A stretch of 63,911 bases of DNA, filler included, from Dugesia japonica (taxonomy: Eukaryota): assembly GCA_001938525.1 (NCBI GenBank). It is 6 parts of 6 records of this genome, joined end to end, with 100 filler letters (N's around TTAATTAATTAA, not from the genome) between each part and the next. Parts side by side here need not be neighbours in the genome. Positions count along the whole stretch, not along the records: positions 1 to 12,351 come from MQRL01614806.1; positions 12,452 to 26,135 come from MQRL01648309.1; 4 more parts are not named here. One strand, given 5' to 3'. Below the pieces are notes generated by a model. The model was not told the origin of the DNA. It made no database searches and worked only from the letters and a program-made list of their open reading frames with translations. The position numbers were made by a program, and so were the translations under genes. Shown here piece after piece: positions 1 to 12,687 of the stretch; within the stretch, counting starts at the first letter, position 1, and the number at the start of each line of letters is the position of its first letter.

Positions 1-525
1 CTGTTTTCTTCTATTAATTAATTCATTTAATTAATTTTTCTTTCATCATATATTAATTCCATGTGATTTTCTTGCCTTTGACTAATGCGATAATGGTTAG
101 TCATTAGTTTCTTGTCGTCCTTCCTTATTTTCTATAACTTCTTTTCTTCTTTGGTTTACTTATTCCTGAGTCGTTTCTTGCTGTGATTTTGGTTATTTCG
201 TAGGTTTTGATTACCAATCTTGATTTTCCTTTCCATTATTTCCTTCTTTTCCATTACTGAATCAGTTCCTTGGCCATAGTTTATTATTTTCGTTATTCGG
301 ATTACTGCTTCTTTACTTGGTTGGCTTTTTTATTTTCTCATTATCTCCTGCTGTTGTTCTAGTTCTTTCATCCTTCGCACCAATTTTGGCTTTCGTCATT
401 CTTCTCTCCAACTAAATTATGCTCTTCTTGGGTCCGATTTCTTCATTTTCTTTTCTTATGTAGATTTTTTGAATTTCGTGTTTACTTACGCCATTTTATT
501 TGCCTTAATCCGGTGTTTCACACCA
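1..525 (-). pseudogene. Decayed coding remnant, possibly an LTR-retrotransposon gag 5' region
   Basis: The minus strand has a PBS-like TGGTGTGAAACACCGG (~510-525), followed by broken K/E/Q-rich reading frames (HEIQKIYIRKENEEIGPKKS...EQQQEIMRK). No diagnostic motif. Confidence 0.25.
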
Positions 526-789
526 ACATTTTTATTTCAACTATGAATGCTGTAAGATTGTTATTATTTATTATTATTAATAAATTAATTATGTAATTTA
601 GAATTTTAACGAAATGAGACATGAAGGTGAAGGATTTAGGATCTTTGTGAATTGAAATTCGCGTAATTTATTTTTAATATTTTTTATACGTTAAATTTTA
701 TTAATATTTTAAAAACTAATATGAAAAACAAATATTCTATATCGCGTTCTATGATATATTCCGTGGTATGTTATGAAGAAGAAATGCTC

Positions 790-1150
790 TATGTGTTTTA
801 ATGAAAAATGTCTATGCTTTTATCATTTTTCTGAGAAATTTGCATCGCTAATATATTTTTTAAAAGAACATTACATCATCAATATAATTTATTTTGGAAA
901 GTTGCATCGCGAATATGTTTTTTATAAGACAAATTGCATTGTCAATATGATTTTCTTTGGAAAATTGCATTGCAAATATTTTTTTATAAGCAAATCGCAT
1001 CGCTAATATGAGTTATTTTGGAAAATTGCAACGTTAATGATATTTTTTATTAAACCTTGATTTACTAATGTGATTTTCTTATTGAAAATTTCCACTCTTA
1101 TATGTCTTTTTATGGAAAAATATCATAGCTTTTTTTTTTAAAGAAAAAAT
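790..1150. repeat. Degenerate ~30-bp tandem repeat (Maverick subterminal-type)
   Basis: Recurring GAAAATTGCATCGCTAATAT..TTTTT units. Related arrays occur at 3300-3760 and 57020-57330. Confidence 0.6.
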
Positions 1151-1410
1151 GTTATTATAATCTTTATGTTACTATTATATGATTATATGAGTCACAATAG
1201 TGACTGCCATAGTATCGGTTTTATTGAAAAAATTATTTTGTGTATCCTAATTGTAAGGTATTAGGTTAAGGTGACTACTTAAATTTTTATAAGACGCATA
1301 AGAAACACTTATCTTGTTTTAGTAAAAGTAAAAAGAATATATTAAAATCAATATTAGATATACAGATATATAGTGAGGTTTATGAAGCACCAGTAAATAA
1401 GAGAATTAAG

Positions 1411-2533
1411 ATGAAAGAAATAACAGTTAATGATGAACAAGTTGAAATAATTGTTATTGAAGATAATGTTGAAGAAATAATAATCAAGGATGGACCGGTT
1501 AAAATAATTGAATATGTTGTTGATGAAATCATCAATTTAGAACCGTACGAAAAAACAACAAATATTGTACAAGAAGAAGACGCAATCAATATTAAATCAG
1601 ATGATTGGAACAGTTTTGAAGTACTTGATGAACTCGATGAAGAAGATATCGCGTTACAACCATTTATAGAATCAGAAGAAGCGGAAAACAATAATTAAGT
1701 TGGTGGATTGATAATAAATAGTGGTGACGATATTATATTACAACAATTTACGGATGCAGATAATCTGAGAACTAATAATCAAGTTAGTGGATCAGCAAAT
1801 AATACTGTAGATGATGGAGTAATTTTAAAATCAGATTTGTATCGCTATGTTAGGGTACTTAAAACAGATGTTTCAAGATGGAATTGTCATGAAATAATGT
1901 TACCAGAATCAATAGTTGCAAAATTATTTCAGACAGTAGAAGAAATGAAATAGGTTGAAATTCAATTTGGAGTACATGTTGAGTTCAAAATAACGACCAA
2001 CAGATGATGGAGAAGAAGAGAGCTTAAATCCTGTAGGATATCAAATAGAGCCGTTGATATCTTTTTTGAAGATAGGATAAACCAATTAAATGAAAAAATA
2101 ACAATAAGAAGCAAACCAGGCTTCAGTTGGATATTGAATCGAATACTGGAAATTAATTTTAAGATTACAAAGGTTTTAGATATTTTTAGACTTTCGAAAA
2201 AAAGTTTTTTCCAGCACCAAAAGATCTAGAAAAGAAAAAGCCATTCTAAGCATTAAAAACAATGATAATTACTGTTTTATTTACATTATTCTTGCTGTCA
2301 CCAAAAGTAATCAAGTTGAACAAAGAGAAAAAAGCCACGTTGCATTATATAAAATATTCATGTTGAATCAGTGGAGGATGAAGAAGATGACGTAGTAATG
2401 AAAAATCAAATTTGGATATAATACACAGATTAAAAGTGATAGATGGAGAGAAAACAATGTACAAAAACATTTGTGAACGTATAACTGATCCTCTTTAGGA
2501 CCAAAACTGTACATTGTTGTATACTGATGAATA
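1411..2533 (+). pseudogene. Maverick/Polinton protein-primed DNA polymerase B, N-terminal part (internally deleted pseudogene)
   Basis: Acidic ORFs 1411-1953 are followed by PGFSWILNRILEINFKITKV...PAPKDLEKKKA/ILSIKNNDNYCFIYIILAVTK (typical GSGW...IKNxDNxCFxYxILA), then LDIIHRLKVIDG and CTLLYTDE (YxDTD-like). Stops and frameshifts are present. Confidence 0.75.
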
Positions 2534-4478
2534 AAATATGCTATTATTATTTTTTATTTTAGTTTTTTATTAGTTTTTTAAAGTATTATTTATTAAGTTT
2601 TTATTATTACAAACATGTATTAAAGAAGAAAAAAGAAACCTTGTTGTTGTAATAATACAAGCTTCTTATTGTTAATAGTTTTTTAATTATAAATGCAATA
2701 TGTATGCTATAGGGACGCGATAGGAATGCAAAGCACGTTCACTGAAAATCACATAGCCTAGAATGTTTTGTAAAATTAAATTTCACTTAAAATTGTCAAG
2801 TATATTTGACAAATCTCATTGCAAAATATTAAAACCGACCAATGACCAACAATAATATCATGACAGTCCAACTAAAATCGCTAAAATATGACAATGATCT
2901 AAAACATATTCCACCCAGATAGAATATCTATGTAAATAATACAAACAAAATACATGGTAACTATGCAAATAAGCCTTATATTACTCGATTGTTATGTAAC
3001 AAATACAAAGTAACTACACAAATAATATCCACATAAACTTTATATTTCATGGTTAAAATGTAAATAATATACTCATAAACTCTAAAATACAAGGTTAGTA
3101 TGTAAATAATACACACAAAACCCATATATTAAATGGCTGCTATGTAAATAAATACAGCGTAACTATACAAATAATATACACACAAACCTTACACACTCAT
3201 TAACACTATAGATATCAAAATATTTACTTATTAGTCTTTTTTTATATTGGCTTATTAGTTATATGTATATATATGGAAAAGTTATATTTTTATCATTTTG
3301 TATATACAAATTCCCAGCTAATATGTTTTTATGAAAAAAGTTCTGTATAATTTTTAAAGTTCTATAATTTTGTATAGAAAAGGTTCTATATTTTTATCAT
3401 TTTTTATAGACAATGGTCACCACATACATATTTTTATATAACATTGTCACTATTATTAAATTTTTTATAAAAAGTGTTACTAGAATTATGTTTTTTATAG
3501 AAAACCTTCACTAGTAATGTTTTTTTAAAAAGAATTGTCAGTAGTAATATGTTTTTCAAAGAAACTTTATCACTAGTAATATGTTTTTTATAGAATATTC
3601 TCATTAGTAATGTTTTTTTATGAAGAATTGTTACTTGCAATATGTTTTTATAGTAAATTCTCACTAGTAATGTTTTTCATAGAAAATTGTCACTAGTAAT
3701 GTTTTTCAAGAAAGAAAGTTCTGTTTTCTATCATCTTCTAAAGAAAAGTTTTAATTTGAATATTTGTTCATGTAAATATCATACAGACGTTTTTTGATAG
3801 ATATATTTGATAATTGAAATATCTTAAAGACTCCCCTTTTTGGATGTTATCTCATGTTAATTAATTTTTTTAGAATTTTAGACTACCCAATATCTTGCAA
3901 TAATATCAAAATATCAAAAATTAATATCAATTTTTTAATAATAAATGTAATAGGAATGCAATATTAATGTAATTCAACAACAGAATTTTCTAAGCCTAAG
4001 AATTTTCATAAATGCAATCAGCATGCAATTTGGATTCAATAGGAATGCAGTAGTCGTGCAATTAGGTTGAAATAGTAATGCAACTCAGCTGCAAACACAT
4101 TCACTGAAAATCATGCGCCTAAAAATGTTTTAAACTTCCGACGAAAATATAATTTTTAAATTTCCCGCAAAAATTAAAATTTTGAAATTTCTTACCAAAA
4201 ATAAATGCAATAGGTATGCAAAACAGCCACACATGCCTGGTAATTTTAATAAATGCAATAGGCATGAAACACAATTGCAACACACCAACACGTGCCTGAT
4301 AATTTTTAAAACTACTCAAACCACTAAAATAAAGCAATAATCTAAAGAAAATCTCTTCCACGTAGAGTATCTATCCAAATAATACAAACTAGACATGGTA
4401 ACTAGGTAAATACTTGGTACCTAAGTAAATAATAAAATAATTTTTAAAAGTTTATATTTTTTATATTTCAAATTAACC

Positions 4479-4578
4479 TAATTATAATAATTACAATTAT
4501 GATAATAAGAAATTAAATAATCAATATAATTATTGATTAATTAATTTTATATTATCATAATTGTAATTATTATAATTA
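4479..4578. repeat. AT-rich palindrome (hairpin)
   Basis: TAATTATAATAATTACAATTATGATAATA (from 4479) and its exact reverse complement ending at 4578, with an imperfect inner arm. Confidence 0.85.
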
Positions 4579-4780
4579 TGCTAATATGAATTAGCATTCT
4601 TAATTTTAAATGCATTTATTATATTGAAATTTGAAAATTCAATATATTTATTGATTTTTAAATTTTATATTTACTTAATTGCATTTAAATTAAAAATCGA
4701 GAATTCATAATGGAGAATTTAAAAATGGTGAGTTTATTTATTTTTTATGTTAATTTAATGTACATTTAGGTAAATCAAAT

Positions 4781-4935
4781 AAAAAGTTCCATTATTATAT
4801 GGTTTATTATTATTAAAGGTTACATTAATATGGTCAATTATGTTTAAAGGTTCCATAGAAATGTGGTCTATGATATTTAAGGTTCCATAGTAATATGGTC
4901 TATGATATTTAAAGGTTCCATTAATATGGTCAAAG
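4781..4935. repeat. ~30-bp minisatellite
   Basis: About five AAAGGTTCCATTAATATGGTCTATGATATTT-like units. Confidence 0.75.
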
Positions 4936-5519
4936 ATGTCTTATATGTGCTAAATAATATTTTAAAAATTTCATGTATTGAATAAGTAGCAATTGTTTTG
5001 GAATTCCTGAACATTTTGAGGATATGAGTCTAGTCAACTAGCTCATCTCTTGTAAAATATCAAGACTGTTTCATGCTTTGCAAAATAAAATGACTCCCCA
5101 TCTCATACAAAATATAGAGTCTTCTCATGCTAAATATAGAAACCCACTATACCATGCAAAATATAGAGTATCTTCCCATACCATGTATAAATATAGATAA
5201 TCTACATTTCATGCAAAATATAGATACTTCGCATGTAAAATTTCAAGACTGCTCCATCTCATACATAAATATAAAGTCTTCTCAAAAAATTAAAATTCCC
5301 TACCCACTAGCACCAAAAGAAAATATTAAAATTTGAATTATCCGCAAAATAACTATTAATTAAAACAAAAAAAGTCCATTAATTTAAACTAAAAATTCGG
5401 TTAATTAAAACAAAAAATATTTCCTATTACATTATATCGTATATTGGGATGGTTAGAATTATATGTAAAGCTCGGAGGGCACGTGACTGTAGTACATAGA
5501 ACAATTCAGCTCAAACGAA

Positions 5520-5870
5520 AGGAAATTTTTATCAATTATTTTAATGCAAATTCAGTGAGATAAGCTAAGTCAAAATTTAAAAAATGACTTCTACAAACTA
5601 TTAAATAATGTTTTATATGATAAGACTATGGGTATTTTAAAAAAGCGTATGAATCACAGGTTATGTACCAATGAGAAGAAATCTGTAACATACAACAGCA
5701 AAGTTACATTTAAGCAAACAATATATATTGCAGAAGGACTCAAGGCTGTATTATTAGAGAAAGGTACAATGTGTCTCAATATACCGAGTTATATTAGCCA
5801 GGTGGTTCTGGATTTGAGTAACTTGCGAATGTATAGTCTGCAATATGAAGTTGCAAAATTGATACTAGTC
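5520..5870 (+). pseudogene. Maverick pPolB fragment (motif B region)
   Basis: YFNANSVR*AKSKF/KNDFYKLLNNVLYDKTMGILKKRMNHRL...NIPSYISQVVLDLSNLRMYSLQY, matching EKDFFKLMNNxxFGKTMEN...NKPIYVGxxILDLSKxxMYxFHY. Confidence 0.85.
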
Positions 5871-6289
5871 TCTTCAATTTTTTATTTTTCGAATTTACAA
5901 GCGTTAATAATATTTTTTAATATTCTTTTCAAGCTTCCTTTTTAGCTTCGCGCAAATTTACATTATCCCGAAGTAAAAAATTATAACATACGATGGAAAT
6001 GATTGCATATTTTTTTTTATTAAATTTTGATAATTTAATTAAGGCGGTAAAAAACGGAATACTTCTTAATTTTATTTCTATTTCAATAACATATACATAA
6101 CTATAATTTGTTTATAATGATATCAATTTTCTATTCATCATTTTCAGTTTCTTTCCGCTAGTTTTTGCAAGTTTCTAAAACATATTCAATTGCTTTTTTC
6201 TATTCCTTTGCATCTTATGTGATTGCTTCTTATGCAATTTTTTCTAGTACGATTGTTTTTTCTTTTTTTTCATAGCAGCCTGTTTTCGT

Positions 6290-6850
6290 TGTTTAATAAT
6301 TTATTAGTTTTCACTCTATATTTATCGGGATATTGCAGTGTAAAGTCGAGAAATAAATAACCATGGGGTATTCTGTTGCATCCTGAAGTGAATCAATCAG
6401 AAATTGTCTATTATTTGGATATGCTTTTTATGTTAGAAAATCAACAGCAATCTGATATCTCGGGTCTTTGAATAGCACTAAGTATTGCACATTTAAATTG
6501 CGGGTTATATGACTACCTCCTTGATGAAATAGATTTTGAGTAATAAATATCAGTCACAGTACGATACCTCAATATCTTTATGAATAAATTATTAAAATAA
6601 TTTTTCTTATTTTTCTCCTGATATAGATCACCAGCAATAATAACATCACCTGATCTCAATCGTTTGCTCTATTTATAATTTTGATTTTAATGTTAAAAAA
6701 TTCAGATTTAGGCAGTCCATTCTCTTTATCTGCGCTCTTATGCCATTATATGTTTTTAAATTTCGACTTAAATAAATTTGATTTCAATAATTTACATACA
6801 AAAAAATCTTTAACGCTAGTACTAGTCCCAAAAAATTGATATACTACATA
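6290..6850 (-). pseudogene. Maverick/Polinton A32-like packaging ATPase
   Basis: Degenerate Walker A (FGTSTSVK) and Walker B (DVIIAGDL), then IFITQNLFHQGGSHITRNLNVQYLVLFKDPR...AYPNNRQFLIDSLQDATEYP/GYLFLDFT...YRVKTN. Confidence 0.9.
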
Positions 6851-7274
6851 ATTTATTTATTTCTACATTTTAATTTTTTCGAATTATATTTAAGTGCAAA
6901 TATCAGTTAAAGTAAGTTTAAGACGATAACTAAGAAACAAAAGCAAAACCAGAAAAAAAGAAAAATAATTAATAAGTATGTCTAATTTTTTTTTATTTTT
7001 ATTTTAAAGAATCAAATTATTTATTATATTTATTTTATCGAATTAATGATATTAATTCAATCTAAACCCTTATGTTCCTCATTAATTTGTTATTTGTCAT
7101 TAATTTTGATAATCAATATTAATTACAGAAGTAAAGTGTCACAAGACGTTATAAAGAAAATGAGCTTTCTTATAAGCAAACTATGTCAATTCAAAGTCAA
7201 ATGTGATAAGTTTAGAATTATATTCTTCGAATTTAAAAAATGTAAAATAATATGTTGTGAAGAAATTTCTAACT

Positions 7275-8101
7275 CACATTAGCAAAGTTACATTTAAGCA
7301 AACAATGTACATTGCATAATGATTCAAGGCTGTAATATTAGACAAAGATACAATATGTCTCGATAGTCAAAGTGGCCAGGTCGTTCTGGAGGAACTTGAA
7401 AAATATTGAAATCAGTTTGAATGCAAAATTAATATTATTGCTGTAGATACGGATAGGTTTTCTTATCGTGTACCTGAGTAGGTGGGAAATAACTCTTATC
7501 CTAAATAAAATCTCATGATCGGCTGTATACAATCAATTATTTAAAAGATCATTCACTCTATTACAGAAATTTTGCCAATAAAATTTGATTGTTTAATGAC
7601 GAAGATGAAGGTGAAAATTATTCTGAATGGGTATTCCCAAGATAAAAATGTTAGAGTCTGAAGAAAGAAGATTCTAGAACGATAATCAAAGCAAAAGGAA
7701 TCAGTTTAAAAAACAAATATCAATCATCAAAACTATTTAAATGCATTCAATAAAGATGAAGACGAAGAACAACAAACAAACAGGGTTAAACAGACTAGTT
7801 TTCGGTTGATAAATCAACAGGTTTACACAAATGCGTAGTTTTATGCCTGGATGAATAGCGCTTTTGGAGTGAAAGAAATACTAGTATGGTCTATAGTTTT
7901 ATAATTACAATTATTGTGAGAATAATTGTTGGACTTAACCATTGATCGGATTTGAGATTTCATTAAAATAAGATAAGGCTTCGATCAAAACAAAACAAAA
8001 TTTATTTGAACTTTTTTACAAATAAATTTTGTGTTGTTTTGATCGAAGCCTTATCTTATTTTAATGAAATGGTCTATAGTAATTATCAAATTACCAACTA
8101 A
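7275..8101 (+). pseudogene. Maverick pPolB C-terminal region, interrupted near its end
   Basis: SKVTFKQT... (paralogous to 5700), NYLKDHSLY...LFNDEDEGENYSEWVFPR*KC*S...IKAKGIS (DTSNYPxDHPLY...KDExxG...EFVGLRxKxYS...KAKG), and terminal DE*RFWSERNTSMVYSNYQI. Confidence 0.8.
7886..8080. mobile_element. Short Penelope-like (pLTR-derived) insertion with 12-bp target-site duplication and internal hairpin
   Basis: ATGGTCTATAGT at 7886-7897 and 8069-8080. The insert matches sequence next to the hammerhead motifs at 18400-18440 and 34850-34900. An inverted repeat spans 7957-8070. Confidence 0.7.
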
Positions 8102-8599
8102 ATAAAAAGTATCTGTTTGCTATGTTTAATGACCTTTAATTGTCAAAGAACAAGAAGAAAGAAAAGAAGAAGAAACATAAGTGTCTAGAAGAATAAGAAA
8201 AAAAGACGAATATGAAGCCAATTATTATTTGGCAATTTCTTGTAAATTTATGTTAAAATGTTGAAATAATGTTATCTATTTGTTAATTTGTTTTTGTTTA
8301 TTCTTTATGTATATGTTAATAAATTAGGAAATATTTAGTCTTCTGTTTATAATAAAAATTTTAACGACTATTTAGATAAAAAACAAAATTGTAAATAATC
8401 ATAAAAGAAGATCAATAATGATTATAGCAGATATTATGTAAAATGGTTATTGTGTATTGTAATAAAAAATGTTATGAGTATGATTATGTAATATACCAAA
8501 TTACATGCTTGCTATGTGTGTATTATTGTGTACTATATGAAATTTTATTGACAGGTGGCCTCGTGTGTAACTATCCTCCTACTGGTAATAAACAATTTA

Positions 8600-10073
8600 A
8601 CGGTAAAATTTTCAGAAAAAGTGAGCATAATTTCAGCTGGATACTGCGCAGTATTTTGAAGTGTATTTCAAAATAACTTAGGTGGAAATTATTAGCAGAC
8701 TGTCAGGATATAGTTATTTACTGACATTGTCGAATTTGGAAAAAAAGGTGCAAATCTTAACATTTAACATAGAGATAATAAATACTTTATTTATATCATT
8801 TTAGCTATAAGCAAGTATGACCAAATACAAACAAATGTATGTAAACCTTTAAAATATCAAAATTATATGTCAAAATAGAAAATTATATGTAGAAAATAGA
8901 ATGCGGCTGGATAATATCAGAAATATTGAAAGAAAAAATACAGAAATTTCTATCAATGTTTTTTATGTTGTTCACATCATTTGGAAGATATTGATCAAGA
9001 TGTTTTCAAACATCCCAATTTAAATATCATCCATAGGTCCAAGGTGGTTGATAGAAAGAAGATTTATTTGTTGATGTTAGAAAATAGTAACAAATACCAT
9101 TACAGAACTGTAATTAACTTGAACAGGTTAATGAATAGATATGATAAAACAATGACACAAGAATCCAATTAATATATCCAAATAGTATCCAAATTGCTTA
9201 AACGGATTTATAAAGGAAATAGATTTTGAGAAGCATCAAATAATTCGTGAGAAGATTCAAACCAGAACAACATTATACCATTCCAAATTTATAATAGAGA
9301 TTTATTTAAGACATTGTCACGACCATTCGTTATAATACATATAATTAACACAACAAAATCACTTAAATACACATAATATACCCTATATTCAAATAATACT
9401 TTTAATACATGACATAATGTCTTATAATACATACAATGTACTCAATAATGTCATATAATGCACACAAATAACCCAATAAAGTCAATTAAATACATACCAA
9501 CGGATGACATATGTTTGCAAAGACATATGTCGGTTTCAGCAGGACTTTTTTAAAATAATTTGACTAACAAAACATCGTATTTACTGTTTTTTGGATATAA
9601 CCGTATGTATGATTTCCTTAAGTAAATTCGAGAAGTAAATAAATAATTAAAAAGGATTATAAAAAGTACACATTAAATGCACCAATTCAGGATAATAATC
9701 ACTTTACTGATCAGTATTTGGGCGCAATATGCTGTAAATGTAATTTTAGTTGAAGTGTGAAAATGCAACTACTTCTTTTATTTCACAATTTAAGAGGGTA
9801 TGATTTACTTATTATGCTTTATTTCTTAACTTGAAATATGGATTAAATAAATTTTCTCAATTGAGCCCGCATTGTTTTCCAACAACATCGAAAATGTTTC
9901 ATTGCTTCATAGTGCATGAAACTAAATTACCAGTAATTAAGTTTATAGATTCATACCATTTTTTAAACTCTTCTCTAAATACAGCGGTAAATTCCTTAAA
10001 AGAGAGAATTTTGACATTAAAGGAATTTAAAGATAGAAGAATTACGTCGTCAAAGGGGGTATTTCCATATTAA
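8600..10073 (+). pseudogene. Maverick pPolB N-terminal/exonuclease region, second copy
   Basis: FSWILRSIL, HRDNKYFIYIILAISK, ISINVF, IYLLMLENSNKYHY, NHFTDQYLGAICCKCNF (DHxHxTGxYRGAAHxxCN-like), FHNLRGYD, KFIDSYHFLNSSL, KGVFPY. Confidence 0.9.
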
Positions 10074-10341
10074 TTTTAACCCTTCCACACTACCCACTAG
10101 CCTTTAACCACAAACCCTCCAAAATATCAAACAATAACCCAGAAAATCAATACTTTCTAAAGCCTCATCATTTTTCCCCACTCAATGTCTTTTCAAAATT
10201 ACAACTTCCATCCAAATCCAACAAAAGCGCTACAGGAGCTAGAACATCAAAACATTCAAAAATACACACACACCTTCTCATTGTGTTTGGTTGATGATAC
10301 GTCTTTGTCTCTGCAATTTTCTTCTATTCTAGCTCTCACCA

Positions 10342-10515
10342 CTACCAATTAATGGTAATTCTTCGCCTTTGGTTTCCCCTTGTATTTAGATAATTCTTCA
10401 ATTTCATCTTTGTCGTCATTGTTATATTCCTGGGGTTAAATTTGTTTAAATTAATCGGCATTAATTATTAAATCAATTTTCTTTTAAGTGTTCATTTTCG
10501 GGTTTTTTATGCCAA

Positions 10516-10583
<68 letters not shown>

Positions 10584-10772
10584 NNNNNNNNNNNNNNNNN
10601 NNNNNNNNNNNNNNNNNNNNNNNNNNNNNNNNNNNNNNNNNNNNNNNNNNNNNNNNNNNNNNNNNNNNNNNNNNNNNNNNNNNNNNNNNNNNNNNNNNNN
10701 NNNNNNNNNNNNNNNNNNNNNNNNNNNNNNNNNNNNNNNNNNNNNNNNNNNNNNNNNNNNNNNNNNNNNNNN

Positions 10773-10840
<68 letters not shown>

Positions 10841-11048
10841 CATTTTGATATTTACTCTGCTGTTTTCACAATTGAAGTAGCTTTGTCTTTAAAAGAGCTC
10901 TTAAAAGAAATGAATTTATCTTTTGCATATCCAAAAATCTATAAAATATCTGAATAAAATATTAAATTTAATTATTATTTACTCCTTTTATAATTTCTAT
11001 AGCAGATTTTATAAATCTTTCATTATTCTTTTGTTCGTTTTCATTTAC
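10342..11048 (-). CDS. Candidate 3' exons of an unidentified spliced host gene (11048-10983, 10938-10856, 10429-10342)
   Basis: GT-AG junctions (one intron 44 nt) join in frame: VNENEQKNNERFIKSAIEIIKG/IFGYAKDKFISFKSSFKDKATSIVKTAE/NITMTTKMKLKNYLNTRGNQRRRITINW*. No 5' exon was found and no family was recognised. Confidence 0.4.
10518..10834. repeat. (TTA)n microsatellite with internal gap
   Basis: Pure TTA repeats on both sides of an N run. Confidence 0.97.
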
Positions 11049-12351
11049 CTAAAGAAAATTTAGTTCAAAAAGAAGAATTTTATATTTAAATATTTTTATT
11101 CTAGTTTTCTATTATTAATGAAGAAGTAAATCAACTGATGCCTAAATAATAATTGTTAGAATTCTAGAAAATCGATTGTTCATGCATTATGATTAGATAG
11201 ATCTTATACGTCAAAAAATTCTAAATATTTTATTGAAAATAATGAAAATAAACGATAAATAACTTTTGCTACACGAGACCTTTGTTTAAATTAAAAATTA
11301 TTTTCATTTCATTTACAAATTTGATCTCTTATATTTATATTTATATTTGCAAAATATTCAGTTAAAACTTCAAAAAGAAAAAAGAATAAAATATTTTTAA
11401 AATTAACTTTATTAAATTATAAATTTAAACTTTCTTAAAATTATTAATATAAATACGTAAAATATAATATTTCATTTGATCACTAGATCAAGTTATTTGT
11501 ATAATTATTTAATAGGTAAAATCAAATTGTTTATGTAGTAGGTATAAACTAGCGCACTACCCAACATTTTTGGGGTAGAATTTGATTATTCGCATTCGTG
11601 TTTCCTGTGATTAGACTAGTCGAAAATTTTAGGTGTGATTACATAATCCGGTCCAGTAATACTGCAATTTCATTGATCAAAATTGTGTGTACATAGACGA
11701 CAGCATGATTACATAATGATAATATCATGGTCACGGAATGGTTAGTTAATAATTATTTTTTGTTTTAATTGACGAATTTTAGGATTTATAGTTTTAATGA
11801 GGTGAAATTATTTATTTTTATTTAAATTAAGTGAAATTAATGAATTTTGGTTTAAATGTAAAGAAATTATCAATTCTTTGTTTAAATTAATAGAAACTAA
11901 TTATTTTTTGATCAGTTAAAGGAAATTACTAATTTTTATTAGTTCATTCATGGAAAATCTTTAAAAAAAGATATAATTGTTTAAATTAACCAAAATTGAT
12001 CAAATATAATTTTTTCCCCAGCAACAATAATATTAGCGGGACTAGTTGAGTAACACTTTTGAGTAATTTTGAAAGATTTTGAATGTTGTCTACTTTTGAC
12101 GGCTGTGTTACTATTTTTGATTATTGTGCTACTATTTTTTACTGCTTTTTTTGACTGGTGACTGCAGTTTTGCTAAAGTATCTATGGACTAAATGGTAAC
12201 AATAGCTTCGCTGTGTTAAGTTTGTACCACCGCCGCCACTGCTCCGTTGTTGCTTCATCACACTGATTGAAACAGCGAAGCTGTGCTCAATTTTACTGAT
12301 GATTTTTCTATCATGCTAAATCAACCTTATGATGAACGATTCAAGACCCTT

Positions 12352-12451
12352 NNNNNNNNNNNNNNNNNNNNNNNNNNNNNNNNNNNNNNNNNNNNTTAAT
12401 TAATTAANNNNNNNNNNNNNNNNNNNNNNNNNNNNNNNNNNNNNNNNNNNN
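12352..12451. other. Artificial contig linker N44-TTAATTAATTAA-N44
   Basis: Identical 100-nt linker (stops in all six frames) also at 26136, 36470, 46101 and 55458. Confidence 0.97.
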
Positions 12452-12687
12452 CAACAGAGTGGGCAACGAGAAACTAAAATGTTTGATGTATTATTTTCAG
12501 ATACTATTTTTTTTACTTTTAAAATAGACAGTTATTGTCCAGATATACCCTAACCGTTATTCTATGAAATTCAAACAGCTGTGCGCACGTCTGCAAGGCA
12601 AGATTTAATCGAACAAAACTATTTTTCAAAAACCTTGTTAAAGTGAAACCGTGTTAAGCGAGTATCGTGTTAAGCGAGGGATGGGTG
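12452..12687 (+). mobile_element. End of a Tc1/mariner-superfamily (pogo-like) DNA transposon
   Basis: Repeated CGTGTTAAGCGAG subterminal units ending GGGATGGGTG followed by TA. Confidence 0.45.

Larger units (their letters stand above)
2690..5340. repeat. Maverick subterminal/TIR-like region with nested short tandem arrays
   Basis: Contains a CACTAGTAAT...GAAAA array (3300-3760), ATGCAA/CACGTGCCTG units and an ATGCAAAATATAGA array (5040-5300). All recur in the same order at 57020-58010, which leads to a CTACT terminus. Confidence 0.6.

Noticed and set aside
10484-10880. Poly-L / poly-N ORFs (also 14770-15123)
   Set aside because: Translations of TTA/TAA microsatellites and N gaps.
12352-12451. 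Recurring TTAATTAATTAA motif between N runs (5 times)
   Set aside because: Fixed-format assembly linker, not biological.
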